Positions 50,960 to 64,000 of a stretch of 64,000 nt of DNA are shown here, in pieces. The notes beneath the pieces are model-generated. The model saw only the letters and a program-made list of their open reading frames with translations. It was not told the DNA's origin and did no database searches. Both the position numbers and the translations under genes were made by a program. Source of the DNA: Neoechinorhynchus agilis (lineage: Eukaryota; Animalia; Acanthocephala); assembly GCA_051530055.1 (NCBI GenBank), contig CM121341.1, forward strand, positions 1,488,001-1,552,000, given 5' to 3'. Position 1 is the first letter of the stretch. Each line of letters starts with the position of its first letter.

Positions 50960-52501
50960 ATGCCTTATTCATGTTATTTTGCATCTACGGTCTTAATGGT
51001 TCGTCCATGCAAATTCCAATACAATCCTGAGGCAGCAACAGACAACGCATTCTCTAATCATTGCCCGTCATCAAACAATTCGAACGCAATCGCCCTTCAG
51101 GAATTCGATCGATTGGTCAATAAACTGAGAGAAGCAAAAATAAAAGTGCTTGTATTAGAAGACACTACTTATCCTGAGAAGCCGGATGCAGTGTTCCCAA
51201 ATAACTGGTTCTCTAGTCATCGCAATGGAACTGTAGTCATTTATCCGATGCTGCATCCAAGTCGACGGATTGAACGTCGCTTAAATGATTTAGTGAACTT
51301 AATCAGACAAAATGGACACGAGTGCAAAAACCTGATTGATTATTCAGAACGAGAATTACAAAGACAGTTTCTAGAAGGAACTGGGTCATTAGTATTTGAC
51401 AGAATGTCAAGGCATGTTTTTGCAGCTCTCTGTCATCGAACAGATCCCGGTTTAGTAGAGATCATTGCTAGGGAATTAAAATATGAACCAGTTTTGTTCA
51501 CAAGTCGATCATCTATCAAAGGTAAGCCAATCTATCATACTAATGTAATGATGTCCGTCGGTGCTCATTATATAATATGCTGCCTCGATTTGATAGATCC
51601 TACGAATGCTCACAGTGTTGCGGTGCTGTTTAGTAAAAAACAAATCTTATAATCCTACTAAAAGCAAAAAAATCAATTTTGTAACTAAAATACGCGTCCA
51701 GATCAGTTCCGTTGTCGGGTTCGTGCTGATAAAGTTCTTCACTTTGATGGAGAATATTTAAGATCATGTTAATGGAATTGACCATGAAGCGTTTTTAAAC
51801 CCTTTCAAGAAATTCTTGGAACTTAGGTTTTATCTTATGATTGGCTAGCCGGTTACATTTTTAAGTGTATCTTTTAATAAATAAAAATGATAATTTAAAG
51901 TTTCTGTGATCTTAATTCGATTTATTTTATAAATATCATAAACTCAGTGCTGCTAAATTTTTATTTAAAAATTGTAAAAACAATACTTCATATCTCTTTT
52001 CAGTAGACACAGTCGAAAGTTTGTTTTAGACGGTGAAATACATTAAGCACGTTCATGGAAAGAACGTCAGTAAATTTTTTAACACTCGAATTATTAGTAG
52101 GTTTTTAAAGGAGTATTTTGTTGTAAACCCATTATTCAAGTGAAGGTTGTAGTTGATGAGTTAAATATTTTCAAAGTTAAAAACTGTGAGTATTCGACGA
52201 TTTCGTTGAAGATGATGTGTGCAAAAAAATTAAATTCATATGCGAGAAAACAAATCGTACATTGATTGAGCTTACAACTGAACAAGTCGAGAAATTTGCA
52301 GGAAACTCAATTCAGCTTTTAACGGAGGACGGGCGATTAGTCACTGTAATGTCGGATTCCGCTTTCGATGCACTCACGGCCGAGCAAAAAGAAGTGATTG
52401 GAAGCAATGGAAACATGATCGTACATTGCGATCTGGCGCACATTGAGAATACCGGCGGTGGAAGTGCAAGATGCATGCTGGCAGAGATTTTTAACTGTTA
52501 G
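50960..52501 (+). CDS. Bacterial-type amidinotransferase / arginine-deiminase-superfamily enzyme (CtlX-like), two exons
   Basis: VLMVRP, PDAVFPNNW, FLEGTGSLV, YHTNVMM, FAGN and GGGSARCMLAEIF motifs. The two ORFs are in the same frame and separated by ~600 nt. Start codon uncertain. Confidence 0.88.
51603..52196 (+). other. Inverted-repeat-bounded interruption of the amidinotransferase gene (junction unresolved)
   Basis: 14-bp terminal pairing CGAATGCTCACAGT / ACTGTGAGTATTCG (13 Watson-Crick + 1 G-U). In-frame candidate excisions are 594, 597 (TA-TA), 609, 612 (CGATTT repeat) and 615 nt (AGAT repeat). Confidence 0.5.
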
Positions 52502-55500
52502 CATAAGTTTTCTTTTATTGGTAAAGAACATAATTGGCAGATCTTTAATAAAGTGTTTGGTGTTTGCTAGATTTCTTGTAAAACAATGTCCTTCCTCGAC
52601 GCATTCGTGATCGCCAATAAGTAGATTTTGGATCAAATAGAATCTCCCGTGATCGAAAAACTCGATAAAACGACCTTAAAAACGGAAAATAACCATAAGA
52701 ACGCAAAAATATGCAGAAATAGGTGCAACAATGGTAATTTTATAAAAAAATCGGACCCCTTGAGGGAGCGCAAAATGCGACAGCTTACTTGATTTAATAA
52801 AATAAATTTAAGTAAGCATATTGCAATTCATAAAGAACACCATTAACGAAGTCGATTACTCTCATTTATGGATATAATTGTCATAACCACGTGAATCGTT
52901 TCTTTGCTTGCCTAAACACTGCTTTAGACCTACTAAAAACCGGTCAAAAAGTATTCGGTAAAGATTTCGCATTGATCTATTTTTTAGTTTCACCAAGCGA
53001 TCATTTTCCACTAAAATAAAAACAGTGCCTTCAAATCGGCATTTTGTCAACAAATTTGTCAACCCCGTTTTCCTTTCGTGTAAACAAAAACAAAGAAATT
53101 GCTCATGTAGAATGTCACGCACATGTTCATCAACCTGAACGAGACGAAAAAACTCGTGTTTGCACTCGCAACGCGTTTGCGATCCACAAAAGTCTCGAGT
53201 ACTAAAGATGTCCAATCGATCGCATTCGATTGGGACACAGTCACTTGAAGTGTTCTACGACTTCTCGTCCACAATGTGATCGTATTAGTCAAATATTTTC
53301 AGTATCATTCTAAGCATGTCCCGACATCTTAGTGCCATCGCCTACACTCTTCAGAAGCAATACGACAAAACGTCATGCTGTCTTTTCCATTTGTATGTGT
53401 CAACAGAGCGACGATGGAATCGCAGACGACAAAAAAGCAAGACTTTTTGATCCACTTTTCCCTACCAAAAGGCGAAACAGAAGTTAGAAGTTGATAGAAG
53501 ATACCCGTGTATTATCACATGACTGCTCTGTTTTTAATAGGCATAGATAATAGGCATATAGATAAACAATTGATTAGAAAAAACATCGATTTACGGTAAT
53601 TAAAAAGATAACCATAGCTTATCCCCTATAGGATCATAGGATGTGTGTACTCAAGGAAAACAAGGCCTTGCGTCGAGGGAGAGGGTTATTTTACGGCACT
53701 CGCAATCTAGGACCGAATGCCGAGAATAGCGATTGTTTTCGCAAGGAAATCCGAATTTGTCGATGGCGATGAGATCTTTCTGACTCGCTATAGGGTGGTA
53801 GTCCAGGTAAAGAATTCGTTGACAATGTTTGAAATATATGGAGAACGGTAAAGCGCTTGGCTATTCACCTAGGATTTTCGAGCAGTTTAGGATTCAAGGG
53901 CTTTTTGAGCTGTCAAAACTGTATAAGACAGAAATATTTAAAGACTTAATTTCACAGTGATCTAGTATTTTTGCAGGTTTCTCCTCCCGACTTTTGTATG
54001 TAAATTAGTAATTCAGTAATTTAGTAGAATATCTAGATATGTGCACTAAAAATTGAGCTCTTAGGGCACAAGGAGGCAAGAGTGAGGTTGTGCGTGACCA
54101 CGTTCAAAATTGTTTGAGGCCTTCAAGATAAGGAAAAATATTTCGCGATCGACCATAATCATTTTTTTTGCAAATAGCGGTATGTTCCTTTTGTGAAAAG
54201 CAGAATCACAGATAAATCTTCTTTGGATTTGACGCCCAGGGTGGCATAAATTTTATATTTTTTCAAACAATTTTGATTTATCGAGAAAATTTTATAAAAG
54301 TTCCGATTGGAACGGAGGAACATAGTATCCTGTTTTAGCAGAAGTTTAAATCTCTCAGTATCTTCGCCATTTCGTATATAGCAAAGTGCGAACCTCTGGG
54401 ATTCAACGGGAAGATTATAATTAGGATTAGGGAAATAATGCATTGATGGTCAATACGAAGAATTTCACTCGATCCCTTGCGAGATGGCGTCACCGATATG
54501 TCTCCGTAGAGAAAGCACTGGTGAGAAATACTCATCATTAGAAATCTCGCGTCTTCGAAATTTCTCCTCCCTACTTCCTTGACATATATCACACATAATG
54601 TCTGCGGAATTCGAAGCAAGTAATAGTCGAAGATGCTCTGAATTTGGAAATTCCACAGTCAAGATCCTTCAGGCGAATTCATTACCAAATTTAAGTTCTT
54701 CATTTTCGGAATTAAAGAGCAAATCATGCAACAACGATAGTTTTCTCTTACTTTGCCTAATGTCTACAGTGATATGGTTGCGCCATAAACCAAACATATC
54801 CATTGGCAACATATTCCACTTGAGACACTCTTTAGTATTTAGTAAAATTGTTTAAAATCGATTTGCGATCGTACGGAGTTGATTATCCGGATGGGTCTAT
54901 TCTATGTGACCTACAATAACCGTTAAATTAATGATACCAAATGATATCAAGTGCACTTATTACACTTGCACATCCTTCAGTCTTTACGCTTATTTACCTG
55001 TAAATGCAAACGGGGGGGAGGGGCATGGCAATTGAGTTTGTGTAAAATAATTTATGCTTTTTGCTTAAAGTCCATAAATTTATGTGGATCACGCCTTCTT
55101 TTTAGTGACTTTTTTTGAAGAACAAAATTTTTTACAAGCGATGTTAAGAGAAAAAGACACTTATCGTCATCAAGCAACTCCCACATCTCGACTTGAAAAA
55201 TAATATTTACGACTTTGATTAGCAGAATATATTTTGAGTATAAGAAAGTGCAGCTTACGGCTAGAATCAATTTGATCGATCAAATCAATTCTATAGAATT
55301 AGCAAATTCGTCAAGTATAAAAGAAGAAGCCGTCAAAAATTAATGTCGATTATATGGAAAACAATTAAAGCCTAAAAACATTAGCTTCTAAAACAGGAGA
55401 TACACTCAGTCTTAATTGGACATGAGTTTCCTTTCTGGCCCTATGTTCAGGTTTCTTACTCTTTATGATCAATTTTGACCTTATCCAAGTAAAGGAGATA

Positions 55501-56581
55501 GCTTTTTAAGGTGTATGGATCCCGTGGTGTAGCTCTATTATAGAATGCCGCTCCTAATCGGTTTCGGATTGCTGAAATTCACTATATATGAGAAGGACGT
55601 ATACCTTTCCCGTTGGATCATTTAACTAAGTTAAGCGCTGACCTGTGAATTCAACAGTTTCCGTCGCTCTTAATATTCTCTTACGCTCCTAGAAATTCTT
55701 AAACGAAGTATTACTCCCTCTCACAAAAATAACCATTTAGCAAATGTGTTTATAAACGTTTGATTGAGCGTCTAATCTAATTACAACAAGTGTGATTGCG
55801 TTGGAGAGTATAGCTCGTAAAGTCATTGGAATTATGTCTAGTGAGTAATTCATGTCCTTTTTTTTGTTGCCTACGAATAAAGAACGTTTCGCCTGGATTA
55901 TCCGGCGTAGCAAAAATTATCTAAATTAAAAGAATCACTTAAATATACGACAAAACTGCGGAGCTACTCAGTCAATCGGAAGATAAATATTATTCCATTT
56001 CCGATTGAATTTGTATAAAGTTCAGTCACAAACTCGATCGTAGAAATCACTTTTTCGAAAGGGAGATCTCAGTCTTTACTATTTTAAATAAAAAGTAATA
56101 GGTGCAGAAAAAATGTAAGAAATACCGCGATTGTAAGTAGTCAATCGAATTTGTACATGAGTATTTTTTCAATCTCTGCCATCAGCCTATCATCCATTCC
56201 CTTCCTAGTACATCGTCACACTCCGTCGATCATGCTGCCGTTGCTTTCCTTCTTACAAGACTGAGATGCCTATTGCACCTACGCTTGTGAACTTGCTAGA
56301 CGCCAAACAGCACCCTACCAACTTCTTCGATACGCATTTTGTGAGACGCGAAGAATGAGGGTGGAGCTGTCGGTTAGAAAGATCTAAAAATGAGTTTATC
56401 AGGAAAGAAATCGCGAATAAAATCGAAAATCCGAACACCAATGTCGTTTTGAATCAATAGAAATGCAAAATCGCTGGCTAATGAGACTGGACCAATCAGA
56501 CTTTGTGACCTTTAACGATCAAACGAAATTTTGTACGGCTTAGGTTGAAAGGTCCCTTAAAAATAAAAACCCTTTTAGACG

Positions 56582-58656
56582 ATGAATATCTGCATGTCAA
56601 TAATTTCACCTTTCACTGGCTTACCAATGAGGATTGAGTTTGGTCACTCTTTGGATCCATGGAATGAGCTAATTCGATTCAACGTATTTCGCGATGTTCT
56701 TCGTTTACTTCGGATAGAGGTATCCATATACGACTTGCGATTTGATGGCATTTATCACTGGTTGAAGAAACAAAGACAAGCTCATTACCTTGACAAAGAT
56801 CAACTGAATGACAACATAGATCGGTTCAATCAACATGCTCTTAATTTTTACGAGCAATACTTATTAACTAACGCAAAACCTAACCTCAATTTGGACGTTG
56901 TTCAGAGCGCTCTTCGATTGACTTTACGGTTACTTTCTCTACGCACCAAGCGAAAAAATCGAATTCAACGCTACGCACTGGAATCAATCAATCGGTACGG
57001 ATCTGTGTTTGGCAACTTAAATCGAACGGAATGCCACATAAGGAGGCGATCAATGGAAAAGATTATAATGTTTGGAGGTCATGAAAATCCAGTGTACCTC
57101 TTGTACCCGCTATACCTTTCCGCGCTTTATCCATATGAAATCCACGTTATCTTTCCGTCAATGTCGCCAATGAAAAAATATTTTCAATACCTCAAGAGGA
57201 CATTTGCCGCGATTTTGCATTGGATTAACATTACATCTACACACGGTTCTATATCTGAAATTCTATTGGTTGACACTTTAGAAGAATATAACCTCGTGAT
57301 TATCGATCGTTCATTCCAAAGCGGCTATTGGCGGCGTGTTCACAATCTTTTAAAGACGGTTTCAGTAGACCGTGCCTTGATTTTGGTGATTGGGAATCGC
57401 GATATTAAGATGAGAGATCGATATCTCGTTAATATTGAGTCGACGTTCCGATGGCGATTATTCGAAGTTTTGGCTTTTAATTTCGAGGCGTCGGAACAAA
57501 GTCATGATGAGGTAGAGGAGGATTATGAGATCACTATGAGTTATAGTGAAAGAAGCCAGCTTAAAATCGCCTTGATTATCGATGCGGTGGAACAAAACAC
57601 CAAACTTTTTTCCGAGAAGGTTTTATTTTTGTTCATTTTTTTATTTTTTCTATTTTGTTATTTCACTTAGATCAAAGAACTTGGCATCATGCATATAGAC
57701 TTTGATCTCGATGCTGTAAGCTCTGAAATCAGGTCGGGTCTTATGTCCAGATTCTATGAAACTTCTAAAGATATTATCACAAAGCTCCTCCGGTTGATCG
57801 ATTATGACATTCGCAGAATGACAAAGAAGGTTAGCAACTTTAGCTGATTGTATAACTAATAGCAGAAACTGAATAGGCAAGTCGACAATTAACAAATGTC
57901 GATCATCAACTCGCACCTTTGTGGGATCTTTATTTCAGATCTGTTGCTAAACATTTAAAGCCTGCAAAAGTTAAAGAACATCTCTTTAATGCAATACAAA
58001 CGACGAAAGCGGCGATCGAGCAAGCAGAAGCTCGGCGTGAAATCGCTGCCGAAGAAGCATTGATTATTGAATTTGCGACCTCGATAGTTCAAAATGACCA
58101 GAATTCTTCGTTGGATTCGATTCCATGTGGACTTAGAGACGTATTTCAGTCGCTTATACTGGATAAAATGTGTCAAATAGTCTTTAGTCGATACAAGGAT
58201 AGTTTTGCGCTTCTCAAACGAGTAGCAGTTGAAGACCGAGTGCCTATTCTGATGCGGTCGATAATATATCACCGAGATCCAAGCCATTTTGTAAAGTTAA
58301 AACACAAGGAACATGTTGAATCAAATAGTGATTCACAAGCGGATCGTTTAAGTGAAGATCTTTCACCCGTCGAAAGAGTACATTTGGATCCTCCATGCAC
58401 TCTATGTCCTTACTACACAATCACAAAGGACCGAAGACGGGTATTATATCACAACGGCGACAAAGTCGAAGTGGTTTATCCTGAAAAAAACACGGATTTT
58501 AAGAAACGGAAAGGCTCGGTCTGTGAGCATGCACCTATAAAACTAACGAAACGAGATACAGGAGCCACTGACATGGATAGCATGGGAGGCGACACAAAAT
58601 CGACGCCTACGCAAGAAGCTTCCGGAAATGGTTTAACTTCTCACTTACAGTTTTAG
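56582..58656 (+). CDS. Three-exon gene of unknown function (~660 aa)
   Basis: Exons 56582-57619, 57671-57829 and 57877-58656 join in frame through GT-AG introns of 51 and 47 nt. Confidence 0.75.
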
Positions 58657-59347
58657 CGCAATACTTCACATTGGTTGTTAGTGTAACATTAATTGTATCA
58701 TAAATGTATGTTTTATAAATTTTTTATCTCGTTAAATACCACCATAAAAATGACGGAATCTAGAGATTTTCAAAGGATAATCACGCAATTTTATTGGGCA
58801 AATAAACTTTTAATATTGTGAAAATATAGTTTTAGAGGCAGAAAAAGAGAACTTTATCAACCAAATCATAAGAATGACGGAGACTCATAACGCTATGCTT
58901 GCCCAAACTATTGACCAATAAAATCTTTGCGGGTATCCGTTAAATTTGTATTAATTAAACAAAAATCCATAATGTTGCACATAACTTTAAATTCATCAAT
59001 AAACTACGTAAAACGTCACGAACAAAATTAAAGCACAGAGAAATAATAAAGCGGTTCAAATTATTAACATTGATAAACGAAGTTAGTGAATTCCAATGGT
59101 AAATAAATCAAAAAATTCGAAAAAAAAGAACATTCCGTTATTTTCATATGAATTCGCCAAATAATTTCAAAAAAAGGCAAATTAGAGTACAACATATTTG
59201 GTAAGGAAGCACCATAATTTACTTTGATCCTAAATTTATGTTCAAAGCATTAAAGCTCGAAAACGTTCGTTTTACAGAAAAGCAGCTAAAAATAAATAGA
59301 ACAAACCGCGAATCTACAAAGAAACAAAAAGTAACAAAACACGTCAC

Positions 59348-62300
59348 GCTCATAAAAGTGTTCGAAAAAAACATTGTCAATACGCCATCAGGAGAAAATC
59401 CGTTTGGGTGATTGAGTTTCCGCTGTTGTGATAATAATCCAGATTAGAATTTCTTTATTGAATCGAGGTATTTCAATAAAAAAAATTTCAATCCTGGATT
59501 ATGATCGCAACATCTCTGAATTCCCACAGAATTCAAAAGAAATTAAGATGCTGAATTCGATAAAGCGCATTTTGTGACGTTGCTGAAATGGGCCTTCTTA
59601 CTAATGTTGACATGGAAGAAATCGACAAATGAAAAGTTGTATAAAGACACGCGTTTTTCTCATAAAAGTGTTCGAAAACAACCCCGTCAACGAGTCCTCA
59701 GGAGAAAATCCGTCTGGATAATTGAGTTTTCGCTGTTGTGATAATAATCTAGATTAGAATTTCTTTATTGAATCGAGGTATTTCAATAAAAAAATTTCAA
59801 TCCTGGATTATGATCGCAACATCTCTGAATTCCCACAGAATTCAAAAGAAATTAAAATGCTGAATTCGAAAATACGCATCAAGTGACGTTGCTGAAATGA
59901 GCGTTTTGACTAATGTTGACAAGGAAGAAATCGACAAATGAAAAGTTGTATAAAGACACGCGTTTTTCTCATAAAAGTTTTCGAAAATAACATTGCCAAT
60001 AAGCCATCAGGAGAAAATCCGTTTGGTGATTGAGTTTCCGCTGTTGTGATAATAATCCAGATTAGAATTTCTTTATTGAATCGAGGTATTTCAATAAAAA
60101 AAATTTCAATCCTGGATTATGATCGCAACATCTCTGAATTCCCACAGAATTCAAAAGAAATTAAAATGCTGAATTCGAAAATACGCATTTTGTGACGTTG
60201 CTGAAATGGGCCTTCTTACTAATGTTGACATGGAAGAAATCGACAAATGAAAAGTTGTATAAAGACACGCGTTTTTCTCATAAAAGTGTTCGAAAACAAC
60301 AATGTCAATAAGCCATCAGGAGAAAATCCGTTTGGGTTATTAAGTTACCGCTGTTGTGATAATAATCTAGATTAGAATTTCTTTATTGAATCGAGGTATT
60401 TCAATAAAAAAATTTCAATCCTGGATTATGATCGCAACATCTCTGAATTCCAACAGAATTCAAAAGAAATTAAGATGCTGAATTCGAAAAAACGCATCAA
60501 GTGGCGTTGCTGCCATGGGCGTTTTGACTAATGTTGACATGGAAACAATCGACAAATGAAAAGTTCTATAAAGACACGCGTTTTTCTCATAAAAGTGTTC
60601 GAAAACAACAATGTCAATAAGCCATCAGGAGAAAATCCGTTTGGGTGATTGAGTTTCCGCTGTTGTGATAATAATCTAGATTAGAATTTCTTTATTGAAT
60701 CGAGGTATTTCAATAAAAAAATTTCAATCCTGGATTATGATCGCAACATCTCTGAATTCCAACAGAATTCAAAAGAAATTAAGATGCTGAATTCGAAAAA
60801 ACGCATCAAGTGGCGTTGCTGCCATGGGCGTTTTGACTAATGTTGACATGGAAGAAATCGACAAATGAAAAGTTGTATAAAGACACGCGTTTTTCTCATA
60901 AAAGTGTTCGAAAACAACATTGTCAATACGCCACCAGGAGAAAATCCGTTCGGGTGATTGAGTTTCCGCTGTTGTGATAATAATCTAGATCAGAATTTCT
61001 TTATTGAATCGAGGCATTTCAATAAAAAAATTCAATCCTGGATTATGATCGCAACATCTCTGAATTCCTACAGAATACAAAAGAAATTAAGATGCTGAAT
61101 TCGAAAATAAGCATCAAGTGGCGTTGCTGAAATGGGCGTTTTGACTAATGTTGACATGGAAACAATCGACAAATGAAAAGTTCTATAAAGACACGCGTTT
61201 TTCTCATAAAAGTGTTTGAAAACAACCTTGTCAACGAGTTATCAGGAAAAAATCCGTCTTGATAATTGAGTTATCGCTGTGGTGATAATCATCCAGATTT
61301 GAATTTCTTTATTGAATCGAGGTATTTCAATAAAAAAATTTCAATCCTGGATTATGATCGCAACATCTTTGAATTCCCACAAAATTCAAAAGAAATTAAG
61401 ATGCTGAATTCGATAATGCGCATTTAGTGACGTTGCTGAAATGGGCGTTTTGACTAATGTTGACATGGAAACAATCGACAAATGAAAAGTTCTATAAAGA
61501 CACGCGTTTTTCTCATAAAAGTGTTCGAAAACAACATTGTCAATACGCCATCAGGAGAAAATCCGTTTGGGTGATTGAGTTTCCGCTGTTGTGATAATAA
61601 TCTAGATTACAATTTCTTTATTGAATCGAGGTATTTCAATGAAAAAATTTCAATCCTGGATTACGATCGCAACATCTCTGAATTCCCACAGAATTCAAAA
61701 GAAATTAAGATGCTGAATTCGAAAAAACGCATCAAGTGTCGTTGCTGCCATGGGCGTTTTGACTAATGTTGACATGGAAACAATCGACAAATGAAAAGTA
61801 TAAAGACGCGTTTTTCTCATAAAAGTGTTTCAAAACAACATTGTCAATAAGCCATCAGGAGAAAATCCGTTTGGGTTATTAAGTTACCGCTGTTGTGATA
61901 ATAATCCAGATTAGAATTTCTTTATTGAATCGAGGCACTTCAATAAAAGAAATTTCAATCCTGGATTATGATCGCAACATCTCTGAATTCCAACAGAGTT
62001 CAACAGATATTAAGATGCTGAATTCGATAAAGCGCATTTTGAGACGTTGCTGAAATGAGCGTTTTGACTAATGTTGACATGGAAGAAATCGGCAAATGAA
62101 AAGTTGTATAAAGACACGCGTTTTTCTCATAAAAGTGTTCGAAAACAACATTGTCAATACGCCATCAGGAGAAAATCCGTTTGGTGATTGAGTTTCCGCT
62201 GTTGTGATAATAATCCAGATTAGAATTTCTTTATTGAATCGAGGCATTTCAATAAAAAAATTTCAATCCTGGATTATGATCGCAACATCTCTGAATTCCC

Positions 62301-64000
62301 ACAGAATTCAAAAGAAATTAAGATGCTGAATTCGAAAATACGCATCAAGTGACGTTGCTGAAATGGGCGTTTTGACTAATGTTGACATGGAAGAAATCGA
62401 CAAATGAAAAGTTGTATAAAGACACGCGTTTTTCTCATAAAAGTGTTCGAAAACAACATTGTCAATATGCCATCAGGAGAAAATCCGTCTGGATGATTGA
62501 GTTTTCGCTGATGTGATAATAATCCAGATTAGAATTTCTTTATTGAATCGAGGTATTTCAATAAAAAAATTTCAATCCTGGATTATGATCGCAACATCTC
62601 TGAATTCCCACAGAATTCAAAAGAAATTAAGATGCTGAATTCGATAATGCGCATTTAGTGACGTTGCTGAAATGGGCGTTTTGACTAATGTTGACATGGA
62701 AACAATCGACAAATGAAAAGTTCTATAAAGACACGCGTTTTTCTCATAAAAGTGTTCGAAAACAACATTGTCAATACGCCATGAGGAGAAAATCCGTTTG
62801 GGTGATTGAGTTTTCGCTGTGGTGATAATAATCCAGATTAGAATTTCTTTATTGAATCGAGGTATTTCAATAAAAAAATTTCAATCCTGGATTATGATCG
62901 CAACATCTCTGAATTCCCACAGAATTCAAAAGAAATTAAGATGCTGAATTCGAAAATACGCATCAAGTGACGTTGCTGAAATGGGCGTTTTGACTAATGT
63001 TGACATGGAAACAATCGACAAATGAAAAGTTCTATAAAGACACGCGTTTTTCTCATAAAAGTGTTCGAAAACAACATTGTCAATACGCCATCAGGAGAAA
63101 ATCCGTCTGGATGATTGAGTTTTCGCTGTTGTGATAATAATCCAGATTAGAATTTCTTTATTGAATCGAGGTATTTCAATAAAAAAAATTCAATCCTGGA
63201 TTATGATCGCAACATCTCTGAATTCCCACAGAATTCAAAAGAAATTAAGATGCTGAATTCGATAAAGCGCATTTAGTGACGTTGCTGAAATGGGCGTTTT
63301 GACTAATGTTGACATGGAAACAATCGACAAATGAAAAGTTCTATAAAGATACCCGTTTTTCTCATAAAAGTGTTCGAAAATAAGATTGTCAATAAGCCAT
63401 CAGGAGAAAATCCGTCTGGATAATTGAGTTTTCGCTGTTGTGATAATAATCCAGATTAGAATTTCTTTATTGAATCGAGGTATTTCAATAAAAAAAATTT
63501 CAATCCTGGATTATGATCGCAACATCTCTGAATTCCCACAGAATTGAAAAGAAATTAAGATGCTGAATTCGATAATGCGCATTTAGTGACGTTGCTGAAA
63601 TGGGCGTTTTGACTAATGTTGACATGGAAACAATCGACAAATGAAAAGTTCTATAAAGACACGCGTTTTTCTCATAAAAGTGTTCGAAAACAACATTGTC
63701 AATACGCCATCAGGAGAAAATCCGTTTGGGTGATTGAGTTTCCGCTGTTGTGATAATAATCTAGATTAGAATTTCATTGAATCGAGGTATTTCAATAAAA
63801 AAATTTCAATCCTGGATTATGATCGCAACATCTCTGAATTCCCACAGAATTCAAAAGAAATTAAGGTGCTGAATTCGAAAATACGCATCAAGTGACGTTG
63901 CTGAAATGGGCGTTTTGACTAATGTTGACATGTAAGAAATCGACAAATGAAAAGTTGTATAAAGACACGCGTTTTTCTCTTAAAAGTGTTCGAAAACAAC
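59348..64000. repeat. Satellite DNA, ~309-bp unit, about 15 copies, continues beyond the window
   Basis: Anchor GGAGAAAATCC (GGAAAAAATCC in unit 7) at 59391, 59701, 60010, 60319, 60628, 60937, 61245, 61554, 61858, 62168, 62476, 62785, 63094, 63403 and 63712. Confidence 0.97.

Noticed and set aside
50900-52501. Bacterial contaminant contig
   Set aside because: The gene is split by a ~600-nt non-coding segment, has no operon neighbours, and is continuous with animal sequence.
52862-54855. Short ORFs between the amidinotransferase and the 56.6-kb gene
   Set aside because: No recognisable motifs, no consistent strand or splice pattern; cannot be supported as genes.
55518-55820. tRNA-like 5' starts (GATCCCGTGGTGTAGC; GGAGAGTATAGCTC)
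   Set aside because: No T-arm/B-box or cloverleaf follows either one.
59348-64000. CRISPR array or coding repeat (ORF 61575-61766)
   Set aside because: Whole 309-bp units repeat with no unique spacers, there are no cas genes, and the context is eukaryotic. The ORF is a chance open frame in one unit.

Overview
AT-rich animal (metazoan) genomic DNA; the species cannot be determined from the window. It contains compact genes with short GT-AG introns (mostly about 44-55 nt), many decayed retroelements, and a ~309-bp satellite array running off the right edge. Genes: an unknown multi-exon gene at the left edge, three ADAM10/Kuzbanian-like metalloproteases, a secreted Pro/Met/Gly-rich protein, a cadherin-family membrane protein, a bacterial-type amidinotransferase (HGT candidate) and one further unknown gene. 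Main observation: four gene types (all three ADAM paralogs, the cadherin, the left-edge gene and, less clearly, the amidinotransferase) are interrupted by segments lacking convincing GT-AG ends. The ends of these segments base-pair on the sense strand, mostly with G-U wobbles. In the ADAM, cadherin and left-edge genes they are bounded by in-frame TA-containing direct repeats, and cutting at those repeats restores the reading frame and, where homologous spacing is known, the expected protein spacing. This points to a structure-defined non-canonical intron class or IES-like DNA excision. Also seen: two ADAM paralogs in inverted orientation that are near-identical except over the catalytic centre and termini, palindromic elements with Penelope-type minimal hammerhead ribozymes, and a SINE-like family with hammerhead core motifs in type-II order. 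All alignments and folds were done by eye; no database searches were run.
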